Shown: positions 29,215 to 39,552, counted from the stretch's first letter. The stretch is DNA of 64,000 nt from an uncultured Gemmatimonadaceae bacterium (GCA_963790305.1 CAWBOC010000009.1:864001-928000); one strand, 5' to 3'. Notes: generated from the letters alone by a model not told the origin. Program-made: numbers and translations.

Positions 29215-30456
29215 TCAGAGCTCCCGAATCTCCCGATAGTGCGAGAACGCCCACGCCGAGTACGCGAGCATCACCACGGCGCCGCCACCGATCGCCCACT
29301 GCACTCCGAACCGGCTCGCCACCATTCCGCCGAAGAGCTGCCCGATCGGGGAGAACCCAATGAACACGAGTGCGTAGGCAGCCATCACACGGCCACGGAA
29401 GCTGTCGGGCACGATCGTCTGCAGCAGCGTGTTCGAGACGGCGTTGTTGAGAATCATCGCGAATCCAACCGCCACCAGCAGAATCGCCGACAGCCATATC
29501 GACCTCGAAAGAGCAAGGGCGATCAAGAGAAGAGGAAAGGCATAGGCCGCGCGCTCGAGGAGCCACCCGCGTCGCGCGCCGCGACCGAACGTCGCCAACG
29601 CCAGCGCGGCCGCAATGGCGCCTATGCCGACGCAGGTCAGCAGGACACCGTAGCCGCTCGCGTCGGTCCGCAGGACATCGCGAGCCAGCACCGGCATCAG
29701 CACCAGATACGGAACGCCGAACACGGAAAACACCGCCACCAGTCGCATGAGCGCGGAGACTTCGCGCTTGCGCGACATGTAGACCAGCGCGCGCCAGACC
29801 TCTCGCAGGGGTGAGCTGCCCGTCAGGCGCGCCCGCACCTCGGGAAGCCGGATCGTCAACAATCCGATCAGCACCGCGAAGTAGCTCAGGGCGTTGATGC
29901 CGAAGCACCACGCGAGTCCCGCCTTGGCGATGATGACGGCAGCGATCGACGGCCCGATGATGCGCGCGAGATTGAAGCCGCTCGAGTTGAGCGCGATCGC
30001 ATCGAGCAAATCTTCCTTGCCCACCAGCTCGATCTGGAGCGATTGACGCGCCGGCACGTCGAACGCGCTCACCATCCCGGCGAAGGTCGCAAGGACGAGC
30101 AGTCGTGGCACCGTGATCAAGCCCGTCCACGTGAGCCACCACATCGACGCCGCCTCCACCAGCAGCAGCGTCTGCGTCACCCGGACGATGCGGAGCTTGG
30201 AGTATCGGTCGGCCATCACGCCGCCGAAGAGCGAGAACAGCAGGACGGGGAGATTGCCCACCGCGCCCACGAGTCCCACCATGAACGCGTCGTTGGTGAG
30301 CTCGAGCGCGAGCCATCCCTGCGCGACGTTGCGCATCCACGTCCCGATCAGCGAGACGGTGTAGCCGATCCAGAAGCGCCGGTAGTTCCGGTGCCGCTGG
30401 AGCGCGCCGAACGGATTCAACGATCGTGGTGGCGGGCCCTCCCCCTCCTCTCCCAT
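29215..30456 (-). CDS. MFS transporter (MFS_3/DUF894 type)
   Basis: RNYRRFWIG, GGVMADR, AIALNS...FNLARIIGP, RGRVM. Confidence 0.9.
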   Translation of the reverse strand: MGEEGEGPPPRSLNPFGALQRHRNYRRFWIGYTVSLIGTWMRNVAQGWLALELTNDAFMVGLVGAVGNLPVLLFSLFGGVMADRYSKLRIVRVTQTLLLVEAASMWWLTWTGLITVPRLLVLATFAGMVSAFDVPARQSLQIELVGKEDLLDAIALNSSGFNLARIIGPSIAAVIIAKAGLAWCFGINALSYFAVLIGLLTIRLPEVRARLTGSSPLREVWRALVYMSRKREVSALMRLVAVFSVFGVPYLVLMPVLARDVLRTDASGYGVLLTCVGIGAIAAALALATFGRGARRGWLLERAAYAFPLLLIALALSRSIWLSAILLVAVGFAMILNNAVSNTLLQTIVPDSFRGRVMAAYALVFIGFSPIGQLFGGMVASRFGVQWAIGGGAVVMLAYSAWAFSHYREIREL

Positions 30457-30494
30457 GGCTTGATTTTACCACGTCCGCCCGGCAAGGTCATCTC

Positions 30495-31776
30495 ATGCGG
30501 AAGCACACCTACTCGAAATTCTCCCCGGAGCTCGCCGACGCCGTCGATCTCCAGGCGCTGCTCGACAAGCTCGCCGACTTCCTCCTGCAGTCGGGCTTCG
30601 CCGGGGGGCGCCAATTCCATCCGTACTGGGGCGAGTTCGGCGGCGACGAGGATCGCTCCATGGAGGCGCTGCGCGAAGCGATCCTCAACGCGCTCATGGA
30701 GAGCGGGCAGTTCACCCCTGAGATGCTCGAGGCCCTTCGCGGCGACGGCTCGCCGGAGGCGCAGGCGAACCTCGCCAAGCTGCTCGACGAGCTGATCAAT
30801 CGCCTGATGGAGGAGGGCTACCTCACCGCCGATGCACCGCCGCAGGTACCGGCGAATCACGAAGCGGTCACCGGACCTGCCGGACTGGCCCGCGCCGCAT
30901 CACGCGATGTCCAGTTCCAGCTCACCGAGAAAGGCATCGACTTTCTCGGCTTCAAGACGCTTCGCAACCTCCTCGGGTCTCTCGGGAAGTCGAGCTTCGG
31001 CAGTCACGACACGCCCTACCTCGCCACGGGCGTCGAGGCCGACGCGGCCAGCAAGCCGTACGAGTTCGGCGACGTGCTCAACCTCGACGTCAACGCGACG
31101 CTGACGAACGCGCTTGCGCGCACCGGCGACATCCGCGTCCCGATCGACCTGGACTACAGCGATCTCATGGTACGGCAGGCCGAGTATCGGTCATCGTGCG
31201 CGACGGTGCTGATGTTCAGATACGTCGCACTCGATGATCCTGTACGGCGAGGACCGGTTCACGCCTGCGAAAAAGGTTGCCCTTGCACTGACCCATCTCA
31301 TCAGGACGCAATTTCCCGGTGACACGTTGCGCGTGGTCCTCTTCCACGATTCCGCCGAAGAGATTCCGCTCGCCGAGCTCGCACGGTCGCAGGTGGGGCC
31401 CTACCACACCAATACGGCCGAGGGGTTCAAGCTGGCGCGGCGGATTCTGCTGGGGCAGAAGAAGGATATGCGTCAGATCGTGATGATCACCGATGGCAAG
31501 CCCAGCGCGCTGACGATGCCCAACGGGCAGATCTACAAGAACTCGATGGGGCTGGACGCGATGGTCATCGCGCAAACGCTGCGCGAGGTGGCGCTTTGCC
31601 GTCGGGCGGGGGTGATGATCAACACCTTCATGCTGGCCCGCGACCGCGCGCTGGTGGAATTCGTGAAGCGCGTGTCCGAGATCAGCCGCGGCAAGGCCTA
31701 CTTCACCAACACCATGACGCTCGGTCAGTTCATCTTGATGGACTTTCTGCGGCGGAAGACGAGAAAGGTCTCGTGA
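30495..31776 (+). CDS. VWA domain protein; +1 frameshift near 31218
   Basis: MIDAS DTSHS restored across the shift; [13 protein letters not shown]. Confidence 0.85.
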
Positions 31777-31780
31777 AGCA

Positions 31781-31859
31781 GAGGTGATCGAGGTCGTCAA
31801 GGATGTCGAGGTGACCGAGGCGACTTCACCTCGATCACCTCGACGACCTCGTCAACCTC
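31781..31859. repeat. Palindromic element family B, copy 3
   Basis: GAGGTGATCGAGGTCGTCAAGGATGTCGAGGTGA...TCACCTCGATCACCTCGACGACCTCG. Confidence 0.8.
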
Positions 31860-32688
31860 AGAAACTATTGTCGTTCGCGAGCGGGCAGCCCTTCTCGTTC
31901 AGCGTCTCGAGAGGGTTCTTGACGCTCTCGAAGTCACCGCTGGCGAATGCAGCCTGTACCTGGGCGATCACGTCGGCGGTCGACATCGGATAATCGACGC
32001 CGTCCGATGCCGAGTTCAGCAGCGCAGCGACTGCATGGCGAGCCAGCGCATTCTTGCCGCCGCTGCCGAGCCCGAGCGCCGTCATGAGGGTGATGTTCGG
32101 GTTGAACCCGTTGACACCGAAGGTCGCGTCGAAATCGGCGTTGGGGAGATACCCGGCCGGCCAGCTACCCACGCTGTTCTTCCAGAAGCCAGGGGTGCAT
32201 CCCTCGCCCGGCGGAGGCGGAGGTGGCGCATTCACGAACGTCACAATGCAGCCGTTGAACGTGTTGAGCCACAGCGTCATGAAATTCGGTCCAGACGCAG
32301 CCACGAGACACTGTGTCCCGTCCACCCCCACCAGCCGCATCGAGAGCGGAGTGGCGCTCGTCTCGGTGATCGTCACCTCGTCAATGGGCTCTTCCGCGCC
32401 GGGATTCGCGCGACCGAGATACACGTCGACGCACTGGCCCGCGTTGACGGTGAACGGATTGGTGACGGTGAGTGAACCGACCGAACCCTGCCCGAGGCTC
32501 GCGGTAAACGTGCCCGATGCGCCCTCCTTGCAGAGTACGAGCTTCTTGCCCGGGGTTCCGGGCGTGACGTTGAGGCGAGGAGCCTTGAAGCGCGTCGGCT
32601 CGGTGGGGCCGCTGTCACTGCACGCGCCGACGACGGTGGCCGTCGCGAGCGCGAGCGCCGTAAGGTACTTCGTACGTCGATAGTTCAT
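31858..32688 (-). CDS. Cys-rich lipoprotein with poly-Pro linker and a GCTPGFWKN C-terminal domain
   Basis: Lipobox VVGAC; AAAGG RBS; PPPPPP linker. Confidence 0.75.
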   Translation of the reverse strand: MNYRRTKYLTALALATATVVGACSDSGPTEPTRFKAPRLNVTPGTPGKKLVLCKEGASGTFTASLGQGSVGSLTVTNPFTVNAGQCVDVYLGRANPGAEEPIDEVTITETSATPLSMRLVGVDGTQCLVAASGPNFMTLWLNTFNGCIVTFVNAPPPPPPGEGCTPGFWKNSVGSWPAGYLPNADFDATFGVNGFNPNITLMTALGLGSGGKNALARHAVAALLNSASDGVDYPMSTADVIAQVQAAFASGDFESVKNPLETLNEKGCPLANDNSF

Positions 32689-32741
32689 TGGGCCTTTCTT
32701 TGGTGAGAGATCGCGGGGGGACTGCGCGTGCGGCGACGCTT

Positions 32742-32757
32742 GGCAACCAATGTGCCT
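32742..32757 (-). promoter_or_regulatory. Sigma54 -24/-12 promoter
   Basis: AGGCACATTGGTTGCC (GG-N10-GC), with a TGT-N12-ACA site about 85 bp upstream. Confidence 0.65.
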
Positions 32758-33064
32758 GAGTGTGCAAACACGTAACTACCTCACCCTGCAGGACTTCATT
32801 TGATCTCGCGCAGCGTCGTCGTTACCCTTGTTGTGCAATGTGTTGCGTCACGCAAACAGTGACGGCGCTATTGCGAACTCGCCCACCTCTGGAACCCGCC
32901 TCGTGATCTCGCGGTAGTACGGAATGAGGCGGTTACCAACCCCCGCTTCTTCCGTCTTTCGCTTACGGGCACCGCGCCACCGGTCGCGCCCGGTTGCTCG
33001 CCCCCCGCACCAGCCTCGTGCTCGCCGAGCACGTCGTTCTCGACAATCGATCCGACGTCCCAAC

Positions 33065-34963
33065 GTGTCCTCGCCGAATCAGCCCCTTAAGAGCGAGCCG
33101 CCGACTCTTCCGAAGTCGCGGCGCCGTACCCGGGAACGCGACGCTTTCGCCGTTCTACGCCGGCGCGGGCCAGGCCGCCAGCGCCTCTTGATTCTCGCGC
33201 TTGTCGTTGTGAGCGCCGTTGGGATAAGTGGTTGGGCGATGGCTCGCCCCGATCACACCGCCCTCCCCGTGGTTCCCTACTCCGAAGTCGCTTCCGCGCT
33301 CGCCGCGGGCGGGGTCGAGGAGCTGACGCTCGAGGACGGAGGCAACCGAATCATCGCCAAGCTCAAGGCGCCCTATCGCGCGGCCGAGTCCCGCTCGCGC
33401 ATCGTCATTACCTCCGTTCCGGCCAGTGCCCTCAGCGTCGCCGACCTCGAGCGCTGGGCCGCGAGCGGCGCCAAAGTTCGTGTGGGCGACAAGTCGAGAG
33501 CCCCGTCGGCCGAGACGGTGATACAGGTCATCAGTCTTCTGGCGCTGCTATCGCTGGTCGCCTTCGTGGCGTTCCGGCAGCGCGGCGGCGCGTCCCGTCG
33601 CTTCATCGCGACGCCCCCATCGCGTCAGCTCACGATGGCTGACGTCGGCGGCGTCGCGGAGGCGCAGGCCGATCTCCGTGATGTGATTGCATACCTGCGC
33701 GATCCAGAGCGTTTCCGCGCCATGGGCGCGAAATGCCCGAAGGGCGTGCTCCTCGTAGGGGCGCCGGGAACGGGCAAGACGCTGCTCGCGCGCGCCGTCG
33801 CCGGCGAAGCGGGCTGCCCCGTCATCATGGCGGCTGGCTCCGATTTCAACGAGGTCTACGTCGGCGTGGGGTCGCGACGCATTCGGCAGCTCGCCAAGCA
33901 GGCCCGCGAGCAGGCACCGTGCATCGTCTTCATCGACGAGTTCGACTCGCTCGGCGGGCGGCGCGGTCGGCCCAACCGCTCCGGCGAGGAGGAGGTCACG
34001 CTCAACCAGCTGCTCGTCGAGATGGACGGCATGCAGGGGAGCGACGGCATCGTCTGGATGGCGGCGACGAATCGCGAAGACATGCTCGATCCCGCGGTGC
34101 GACGCCCGGGCCGGTTCGATCGCATCGTCGAGGTTCAGCTTCCCACCGTTCGCGATCGGCTCGAGATCCTGAAGATTCACGCCGCCAAGGCGCCGCTCGC
34201 CGCCGACGTCGACCTCGAGCGACTCGCGCAGCTCACGGTTGGCCATTCGGGTGCCGACCTGGCGAACCTGCTCAACGAGGCGGCGATCATCGCCGTGCAG
34301 TCGGAATCCGTGCTCATCTCAGCGGCGCACATCGAGCAGGCACGCGATCGCATCCTGCTCGGCCGCGTTCGCGAGGGCGTGGTCGTCACGACCGGCGAGC
34401 GCAGGCTCATCGCGCTGCACGAGGCCGGGCACGCGGTGGTCGGTATGGTCGCCTGCCCCGACGACAAGCTCCACAAAGTCACGATCGAGCCGCGCGGCCG
34501 CTCCCTCGGTGCCGCGCACTTCGCGCCCGAAGCGGATCGTCACCTGCACTCCCGCCGCTACCTCGAGGGCGTGATCGCGAAGGCGTTAGGCGGCCGGGCC
34601 GCGGAGTCCGTATTCCTGGGTCCCGACGCGGTAACCTCCGGCGCCGGAAGCGACCTGGTGCACGCGACCCACGTGGCGCGGCGGATGGTCGGCGAGTTCG
34701 GCATGAGTGATGAGATCGGTCTCATCAGCGCCGACCCCGCTGCCCAGGGCGGCGCCCCGAGCGCGCAGCTCCAGGGCCAGATCGACTCGGCGGTCCGGAC
34801 GCTGATCACCGCGCAAGCCGACCGCGCCGTCGCGATCGTCACCGAGCACCGCGCCGCGGTCGAAGCGATAGCGGAGGCGCTGCTCCAGAGAGAGGTCATC
34901 TCGTCGGAGGAAGTGTACGAGCTGGCATCTCGGCATGGGGTTCAGCGCGCGGTGGCAGCCTGA
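33065..34963 (+). CDS. ftsH: FtsH-family ATP-dependent zinc metalloprotease
   Basis: 2 TMs, GAPGTGKT, IVFIDE, TLNQLLVEMDG, RPGRFDR, HEAGH; start uncertain. Confidence 0.9.
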   Translation: MSSPNQPLKSEPPTLPKSRRRTRERDAFAVLRRRGPGRQRLLILALVVVSAVGISGWAMARPDHTALPVVPYSEVASALAAGGVEELTLEDGGNRIIAKLKAPYRAAESRSRIVITSVPASALSVADLERWAASGAKVRVGDKSRAPSAETVIQVISLLALLSLVAFVAFRQRGGASRRFIATPPSRQLTMADVGGVAEAQADLRDVIAYLRDPERFRAMGAKCPKGVLLVGAPGTGKTLLARAVAGEAGCPVIMAAGSDFNEVYVGVGSRRIRQLAKQAREQAPCIVFIDEFDSLGGRRGRPNRSGEEEVTLNQLLVEMDGMQGSDGIVWMAATNREDMLDPAVRRPGRFDRIVEVQLPTVRDRLEILKIHAAKAPLAADVDLERLAQLTVGHSGADLANLLNEAAIIAVQSESVLISAAHIEQARDRILLGRVREGVVVTTGERRLIALHEAGHAVVGMVACPDDKLHKVTIEPRGRSLGAAHFAPEADRHLHSRRYLEGVIAKALGGRAAESVFLGPDAVTSGAGSDLVHATHVARRMVGEFGMSDEIGLISADPAAQGGAPSAQLQGQIDSAVRTLITAQADRAVAIVTEHRAAVEAIAEALLQREVISSEEVYELASRHGVQRAVAA

Positions 34964-34974
34964 GACTTGACTTC

Positions 34975-35099
34975 AAAGGCAAAGACGTCAGATATCAGAA
35001 TACAGAAGTCAGAATTCAGAAAACCGCGCGGGGAGCCAGCATTGGCTCCCCGTTGTCTCTTCTGAATTCTGTATTCTGATATCTGACGTCTTTGCCTTT
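34975..35099. repeat. Long inverted repeat with heptamer (TCAGAA-like) arms and an inner GC hairpin (family C)
   Basis: 33-bp perfect arms AAAGGCAAAGACGTCAGATATCAGAATACAGAA; inner CGGGGAGCCA-GCAT-TGGCTCCCCG. Confidence 0.9.
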
Positions 35100-35109
35100 T
35101 GTCAAACGG

Positions 35110-36387
35110 TCAAGATACCCCGGATTTGAGAGCCGCGAGCACCGAATCCCCGAACACATCGACCTCGTCGGGAGAGGTGTAGACGTTCGGCGTAATCCGC
35201 AGCCCTTTGAACTCTTCATGGACGATGGGCGTCGTGATGATCCGGTGTTTGTCCCACAGGTGCGCGACCATCTTCGGGACCTCGACGCCCTCGATCTGGA
35301 GCAGTCCGATTCCGCACGACTGCCGCGGGTCATCGAGTGGGGTCAGCACGCGGCAGCGATCGCTCGCCGTGGTCAGGCGCTTCGCCCATCGATCGCGCAG
35401 GAAGCGAAGGCGAGCTGCCTTGCGCTCGGAGCCAATGGCGCGATGGAACGCGAGCGCGACCGCGATCGCGTTGTGATTCGCCGCCGGGTGCGTGCCGATC
35501 TCCTCGTATTTGCGCACGTTCGCGTCCATCGCCTTCGGCGCCGCCATGAGCGGCCACAGCGACGGGATCTTCTCCCGACGGACGTAGAGAAAGCCGGTGC
35601 CAATGGGAGCGAGCAGCCACTTGTGCAGGCTCGTGCCGAACCAGTCGCACTCGAGCGCATCGCGCGTGAATGGGAATTGCGCGAACGAGTGCGCGCCATC
35701 GACCAGCACCTCAATGTTCTGCGCACGACCCAGCTTCACGAGCTCGCGCACCGGCATGATCTGCCCGGTGAGGTTGGTGATGTGCGGGACCTCGATCACC
35801 CGCGTTCGAGGCGTGATCGCCTGCCGAAATCGATCGACGACGTAGGCCATCGATCGCGGTGGAACCTCGAAGGTGATCCGGTTGATGACGATGCCTTCGC
35901 GCCGGCTCCGCTGCTCCCAGGCGGTGAGCATGCGCGGGTAGTTCTGCGTGGTGACGATCACTTCGTCGCCCCGCTTGAGGTCGACGCCCAGGATGAGCGT
36001 CTCCATCGATTCGGACGCATTCCTCGTGATGGCCAGCTCTTCGGGATCGCAGCCGAACTCGCGCGCGAGCTCGCGTCGTACGCCCTCGATGCGCGGCTCG
36101 AGCACATCCCACATGTGATGGACGGGAGCGACGTTCGAGAAGCGAAGGTCGCGAATCATCGCGTCGAGCACGTGCGTCGGCGACGGCGAGACACCGCCGT
36201 TGTTGAGATTGATGATGGCGCGATCGAGGTCGAACGCGCGCTGCACTTCGCGCCAGTAGTCCTCGTCATCGGCCGCGCCGCCCGCGGGAGCCGCCAGCTC
36301 GCTCGCGCGAAGGAGCGCGTCACGCCGGAAGGCGGGCGCAATGGCGGCGGCCGTGAGGCTGGCTACGAAGGCGCGACGGGAGGGCAT
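35110..36387 (-). CDS. Tat-exported class V PLP aminotransferase (isopenicillin N epimerase-like)
   Basis: SRRAFV Tat motif; LNNGG, TRNASE, VDGAH, SLHKWL. Confidence 0.88.
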   Translation of the reverse strand: MPSRRAFVASLTAAAIAPAFRRDALLRASELAAPAGGAADDEDYWREVQRAFDLDRAIINLNNGGVSPSPTHVLDAMIRDLRFSNVAPVHHMWDVLEPRIEGVRRELAREFGCDPEELAITRNASESMETLILGVDLKRGDEVIVTTQNYPRMLTAWEQRSRREGIVINRITFEVPPRSMAYVVDRFRQAITPRTRVIEVPHITNLTGQIMPVRELVKLGRAQNIEVLVDGAHSFAQFPFTRDALECDWFGTSLHKWLLAPIGTGFLYVRREKIPSLWPLMAAPKAMDANVRKYEEIGTHPAANHNAIAVALAFHRAIGSERKAARLRFLRDRWAKRLTTASDRCRVLTPLDDPRQSCGIGLLQIEGVEVPKMVAHLWDKHRIITTPIVHEEFKGLRITPNVYTSPDEVDVFGDSVLAALKSGVS

Positions 36388-36394
36388 GCCGCAA

Positions 36395-36494
36395 AGGTGG
36401 TCGAGGTCGTCGAGGATGTCGAGGTGATCGAGGTCAGGTCGTCGAGGTGCAGCCCTCGATCACCTCGACACCCTCGACACCCTCGACCACCTCG
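36395..36494. repeat. Palindromic element family B, copy 4
   Basis: AGGTGGTCGAGGTCGTCGAGGATGTCGAGGTGATCGAGG...CCTCGATCACCTCGACACCCTCGACACCCTCGACCACCT. Confidence 0.85.
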
Positions 36495-36526
36495 CGCCCG
36501 GCATCATCCCTGCATTACCGAAACAC

Positions 36527-36931
36527 ATGACCAAGAAGTCCCGCATCGCGATCGTCAATGGATCCAACGTCGCCCACTCCACCGAAGGGGGATCGGCGCG
36601 CCTGGAGAACATCATTCTCATGCGCGACAAGCTCACCGAGAAAGGGCTCGAGCCCGTGCTCGTCGTCGACGCGGCGCTTCGCCATCAGATCGATGATACG
36701 GAAGGCTACGAGAAGCTGGTCAACGATGGGGCGCTGAAGCAGGCGCCGGCGGGCACCGACGCCGACTATTTCATCCTGTCGTTCGCCCGAGAGCTGGGCG
36801 CCCGCATCGTCAGTAACGACCGCTTCCGAGATCGGATGCCCGAGTTCAAGGATGTCAGCCGGCGCTTCATCCGGTACATGATCGTCGAGGGCGAGGTAGT
36901 GTTCGAGCAGCGCAACGGGCGGAGACGCTAG
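36527..36931 (+). CDS. Zc3h12a/Regnase-type NYN-PIN domain protein
   Basis: IVNGSNVA...VVDA...DADYFIL...IVSNDRFRD. Confidence 0.8.
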   Translation: MTKKSRIAIVNGSNVAHSTEGGSARLENIILMRDKLTEKGLEPVLVVDAALRHQIDDTEGYEKLVNDGALKQAPAGTDADYFILSFARELGARIVSNDRFRDRMPEFKDVSRRFIRYMIVEGEVVFEQRNGRRR

Positions 36932-36945
36932 GTCGACGACCTGTG

Positions 36946-38298
36946 CTACTCGGCGATCCACCCCTGGCGCCGTTCCTCCGTCGCGACCAGCAGCCAGCGC
37001 CCGTATCGGCCGAGGACTGAGAGCCGAGCACGAGTGTCGAGGCTGTCGACGATGACCGCAGCCGGATTGGGACGCTCGCGGAGGACGACACCTGCCTCAC
37101 GAGATACGACCGTGATCGGCTCTCCCAAACGCTGCACGGCGTTGGCCAATACGAATCCGGCCTCGCCACCTGGCAACCGCACGCGGAGCCAGCTCCCCGC
37201 GGCCCCGAGCACCGTTACGACTGCGGTTCGCGGCACGCTGCGCGCGGAGTCGCCATTCAGACCCGGAGAAAGCCGCATCACGATCTGCGTGCGCGCTATC
37301 CGCACGCGGGCACCGAACAGGGACGTATCGGCGGTGATCTCCGGCGGCGTGCCGCGACGGGTATCGATGAACGGCAGCGGATCCACGGGCCCCTGCCCTC
37401 TTCGGTAGATCCCGAAATGCAGGTGCGGAGGCGTGCGCCGCGCGTTGCCCGTATTCCCGACCAGCCCGAGTGTGTCGCCCACCTGGACGATGTCGCCTGC
37501 ACTGACCAGCTGGCGGTCGAGGTGCGCGTAGTAGATCGACTGCTCCCGGCGCGTATCGAGAAGCCAGACGACGTTGCCGCCGAGGTCGGTTTCTCCAACG
37601 CGACGGACAATGCCGGGCGCGGCGGCGACGACCGGGGTGCCTCGCGGCGCGAAGAGATCGACGCCGTGGTGCGAGCGACGGCCCGCATCGCGCGAAGCAC
37701 CGAACAGGCTGCGAGCTATCCGGGCATCGCGGCCCGCAACCGGGAACGCGAGCGTTGGACCAGTGGTGATGGTCACGATGATGCGACCGCCGCGCAGGAG
37801 CTCGGGCTGCGCGCGCAGCACGTATTCGCCGTCCCGCCGAATCTCGACATCGATCGACGTTCCGCCATCCGCCGCACTGGCGACCCGCTCGTACGTCTCC
37901 GTGGTATCGCGAGGAACCGAGAAGAGGTCGACGAACAGGCGGCCGAGGGGGTCCATCGCGACTTCGGCGGAGGCGATGAGGCGATCACCGCGGCGAAGTG
38001 GGAGCCTCCATGCAATCGCTCGAGGCTCTTCGGCCGGCACGTGCACCGCTTCACGGTGCGGAGCGGTCACGCGCGTGGCCGTGCTCAGCGACGCGTCTCC
38101 GGCAACAATCCAGTCACGCCCAACGGCCGTTCGATGCAGGTCGGCCTTTTCCAGCGTGCGAACGTATTCATCGCGCGGGGAGCGAAAGCCGCGGTCGCCT
38201 AACGATCTGGCGCGGTCGCAGGCGGCCAGCGTCGCGAGCAGCACGATGCAGACGCTACGGATTGTCGTGAACGAACGCGGATGGAGCGCGAGTCTCAT
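36946..38298 (-). CDS. M23 family metallopeptidase lipoprotein with C-terminal SH3-like domains
   Basis: Lipobox LAAC; HHGVD, YYAHL, GNTGNA, PHLHF. Confidence 0.9.
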   Translation of the reverse strand: MRLALHPRSFTTIRSVCIVLLATLAACDRARSLGDRGFRSPRDEYVRTLEKADLHRTAVGRDWIVAGDASLSTATRVTAPHREAVHVPAEEPRAIAWRLPLRRGDRLIASAEVAMDPLGRLFVDLFSVPRDTTETYERVASAADGGTSIDVEIRRDGEYVLRAQPELLRGGRIIVTITTGPTLAFPVAGRDARIARSLFGASRDAGRRSHHGVDLFAPRGTPVVAAAPGIVRRVGETDLGGNVVWLLDTRREQSIYYAHLDRQLVSAGDIVQVGDTLGLVGNTGNARRTPPHLHFGIYRRGQGPVDPLPFIDTRRGTPPEITADTSLFGARVRIARTQIVMRLSPGLNGDSARSVPRTAVVTVLGAAGSWLRVRLPGGEAGFVLANAVQRLGEPITVVSREAGVVLRERPNPAAVIVDSLDTRARLSVLGRYGRWLLVATEERRQGWIAE

Positions 38299-38360
38299 GC
38301 GCTCATCTACGCCAATGGCGTGTCAACTGTTTCCTTGAAGTCCGGCCGCAGGGCCGGCGG

Positions 38361-39552
38361 TCAGGCGCGCGCGGAGAGCGGCAGCTCGAGCTCGAAGTGG
38401 AACCGGGTGCCTTGCCCGGGAGCCGTGTCGACGACCGAGCTCCCCGCCCATGCGGCTCACGAGCTTGCGGCAGATCGACAGTCCGAGCCCCGCGCTCGAG
38501 AACGTGAACTGGCCCGGCTTGACGCGTCGCCGGAAGGCATCGAACAACGTCGGAAGGACCTCGGCGGGAATCCCGCGCCCGGTGTCCCTCACCGAGAACT
38601 CGATGCGCGATCGCGTCACCGCCCTGCAGCTCACTTCCACGTACCCCTCGGACGTGAACTTGAGCGCGTTCGTCGTGAGGTTGAGGAGCACGCGGTTGAG
38701 GGCCGCCGGGTGGCCGATCCTCACGTCGGCATCTGGCCGCGTGATGCGAACGGTGAGCCCCTTTTCCTCCGCGATCGGCTGCACGATGTCGCGCACCGAC
38801 TGTAGCGTCTCGCCGATCGAAAAGGGCATCGGGTGCAGGTCCATGAGACGCTCGCCGCCTCGGACCAGCTCGATGACGTCGCTGGCGAGTGCGCTCAGCC
38901 CGAACGCGGCGCTGTAGACGAGGCCGAGCTGGCGCTCCTGAATGGGATTGATGGAGCCGCTTTGTCCGTTGCGAAGCGTCTCGGCGAGAAAGAGCACGGA
39001 CGCAAGCGGGGAGCGCAGGTCATGTGCGACCTCGACGACCATCTCCAACCCGTCGGCTCCCGACAACTTGTTCGCGAAACGCTGGGCCGTGTCGCGGTCG
39101 ATCTCGGCCTGTACCCGCTCGAGGGCACAGAGCAGATGAACGATCTGAGGGGCGTCGCTCAATTCGGTGGACGAGACGTCATCGAGAAACGCCTTTCGAA
39201 GCCGCTCGACCATCTTGCGACCCGGAGTCGGCGCCGCCAGCTCACTGAGGTCCGGCGGTAGCCCGATGGCCGCCTGACGAATCGCCTTGCAGAGGAACGC
39301 CATCCGCGAGCGAAGCTCGTCGGCAGTGGAGCCGTCCTCGTTCAGGTCCCATGCCTCGCGGACGCGCTGCGTCGCGCGTTCGAGGGCCGCGGCAAGGCAC
39401 GGCCCAATCCCACTCGCGGCGAGCTCGTCGAGCTCCCCGGAGATGCGCGGCGGGGCATAGTCGCCCCCAACCAACTCCCCGCTGTGGCGCGCAGTCACGC
39501 CGACGATCGAAAGATCAGTGGTGATAGGCGGTGGTGCTGAGCGAACGCTCAC
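38361..39552 (-). CDS. Cytoplasmic sensor histidine kinase; +1 frameshift near 38436
   Basis: AHDLRSPL, NALKF, DTGRGI, GLGL; corrected C-terminus VVDTAPGQGTRFHFEL; no TM. Confidence 0.88.

Noticed and set aside
22611..36494. CRISPR array interpretation of the repeats
   Set aside because: The copies are dispersed palindromes with no repeat-spacer periodicity, and no cas genes are present.
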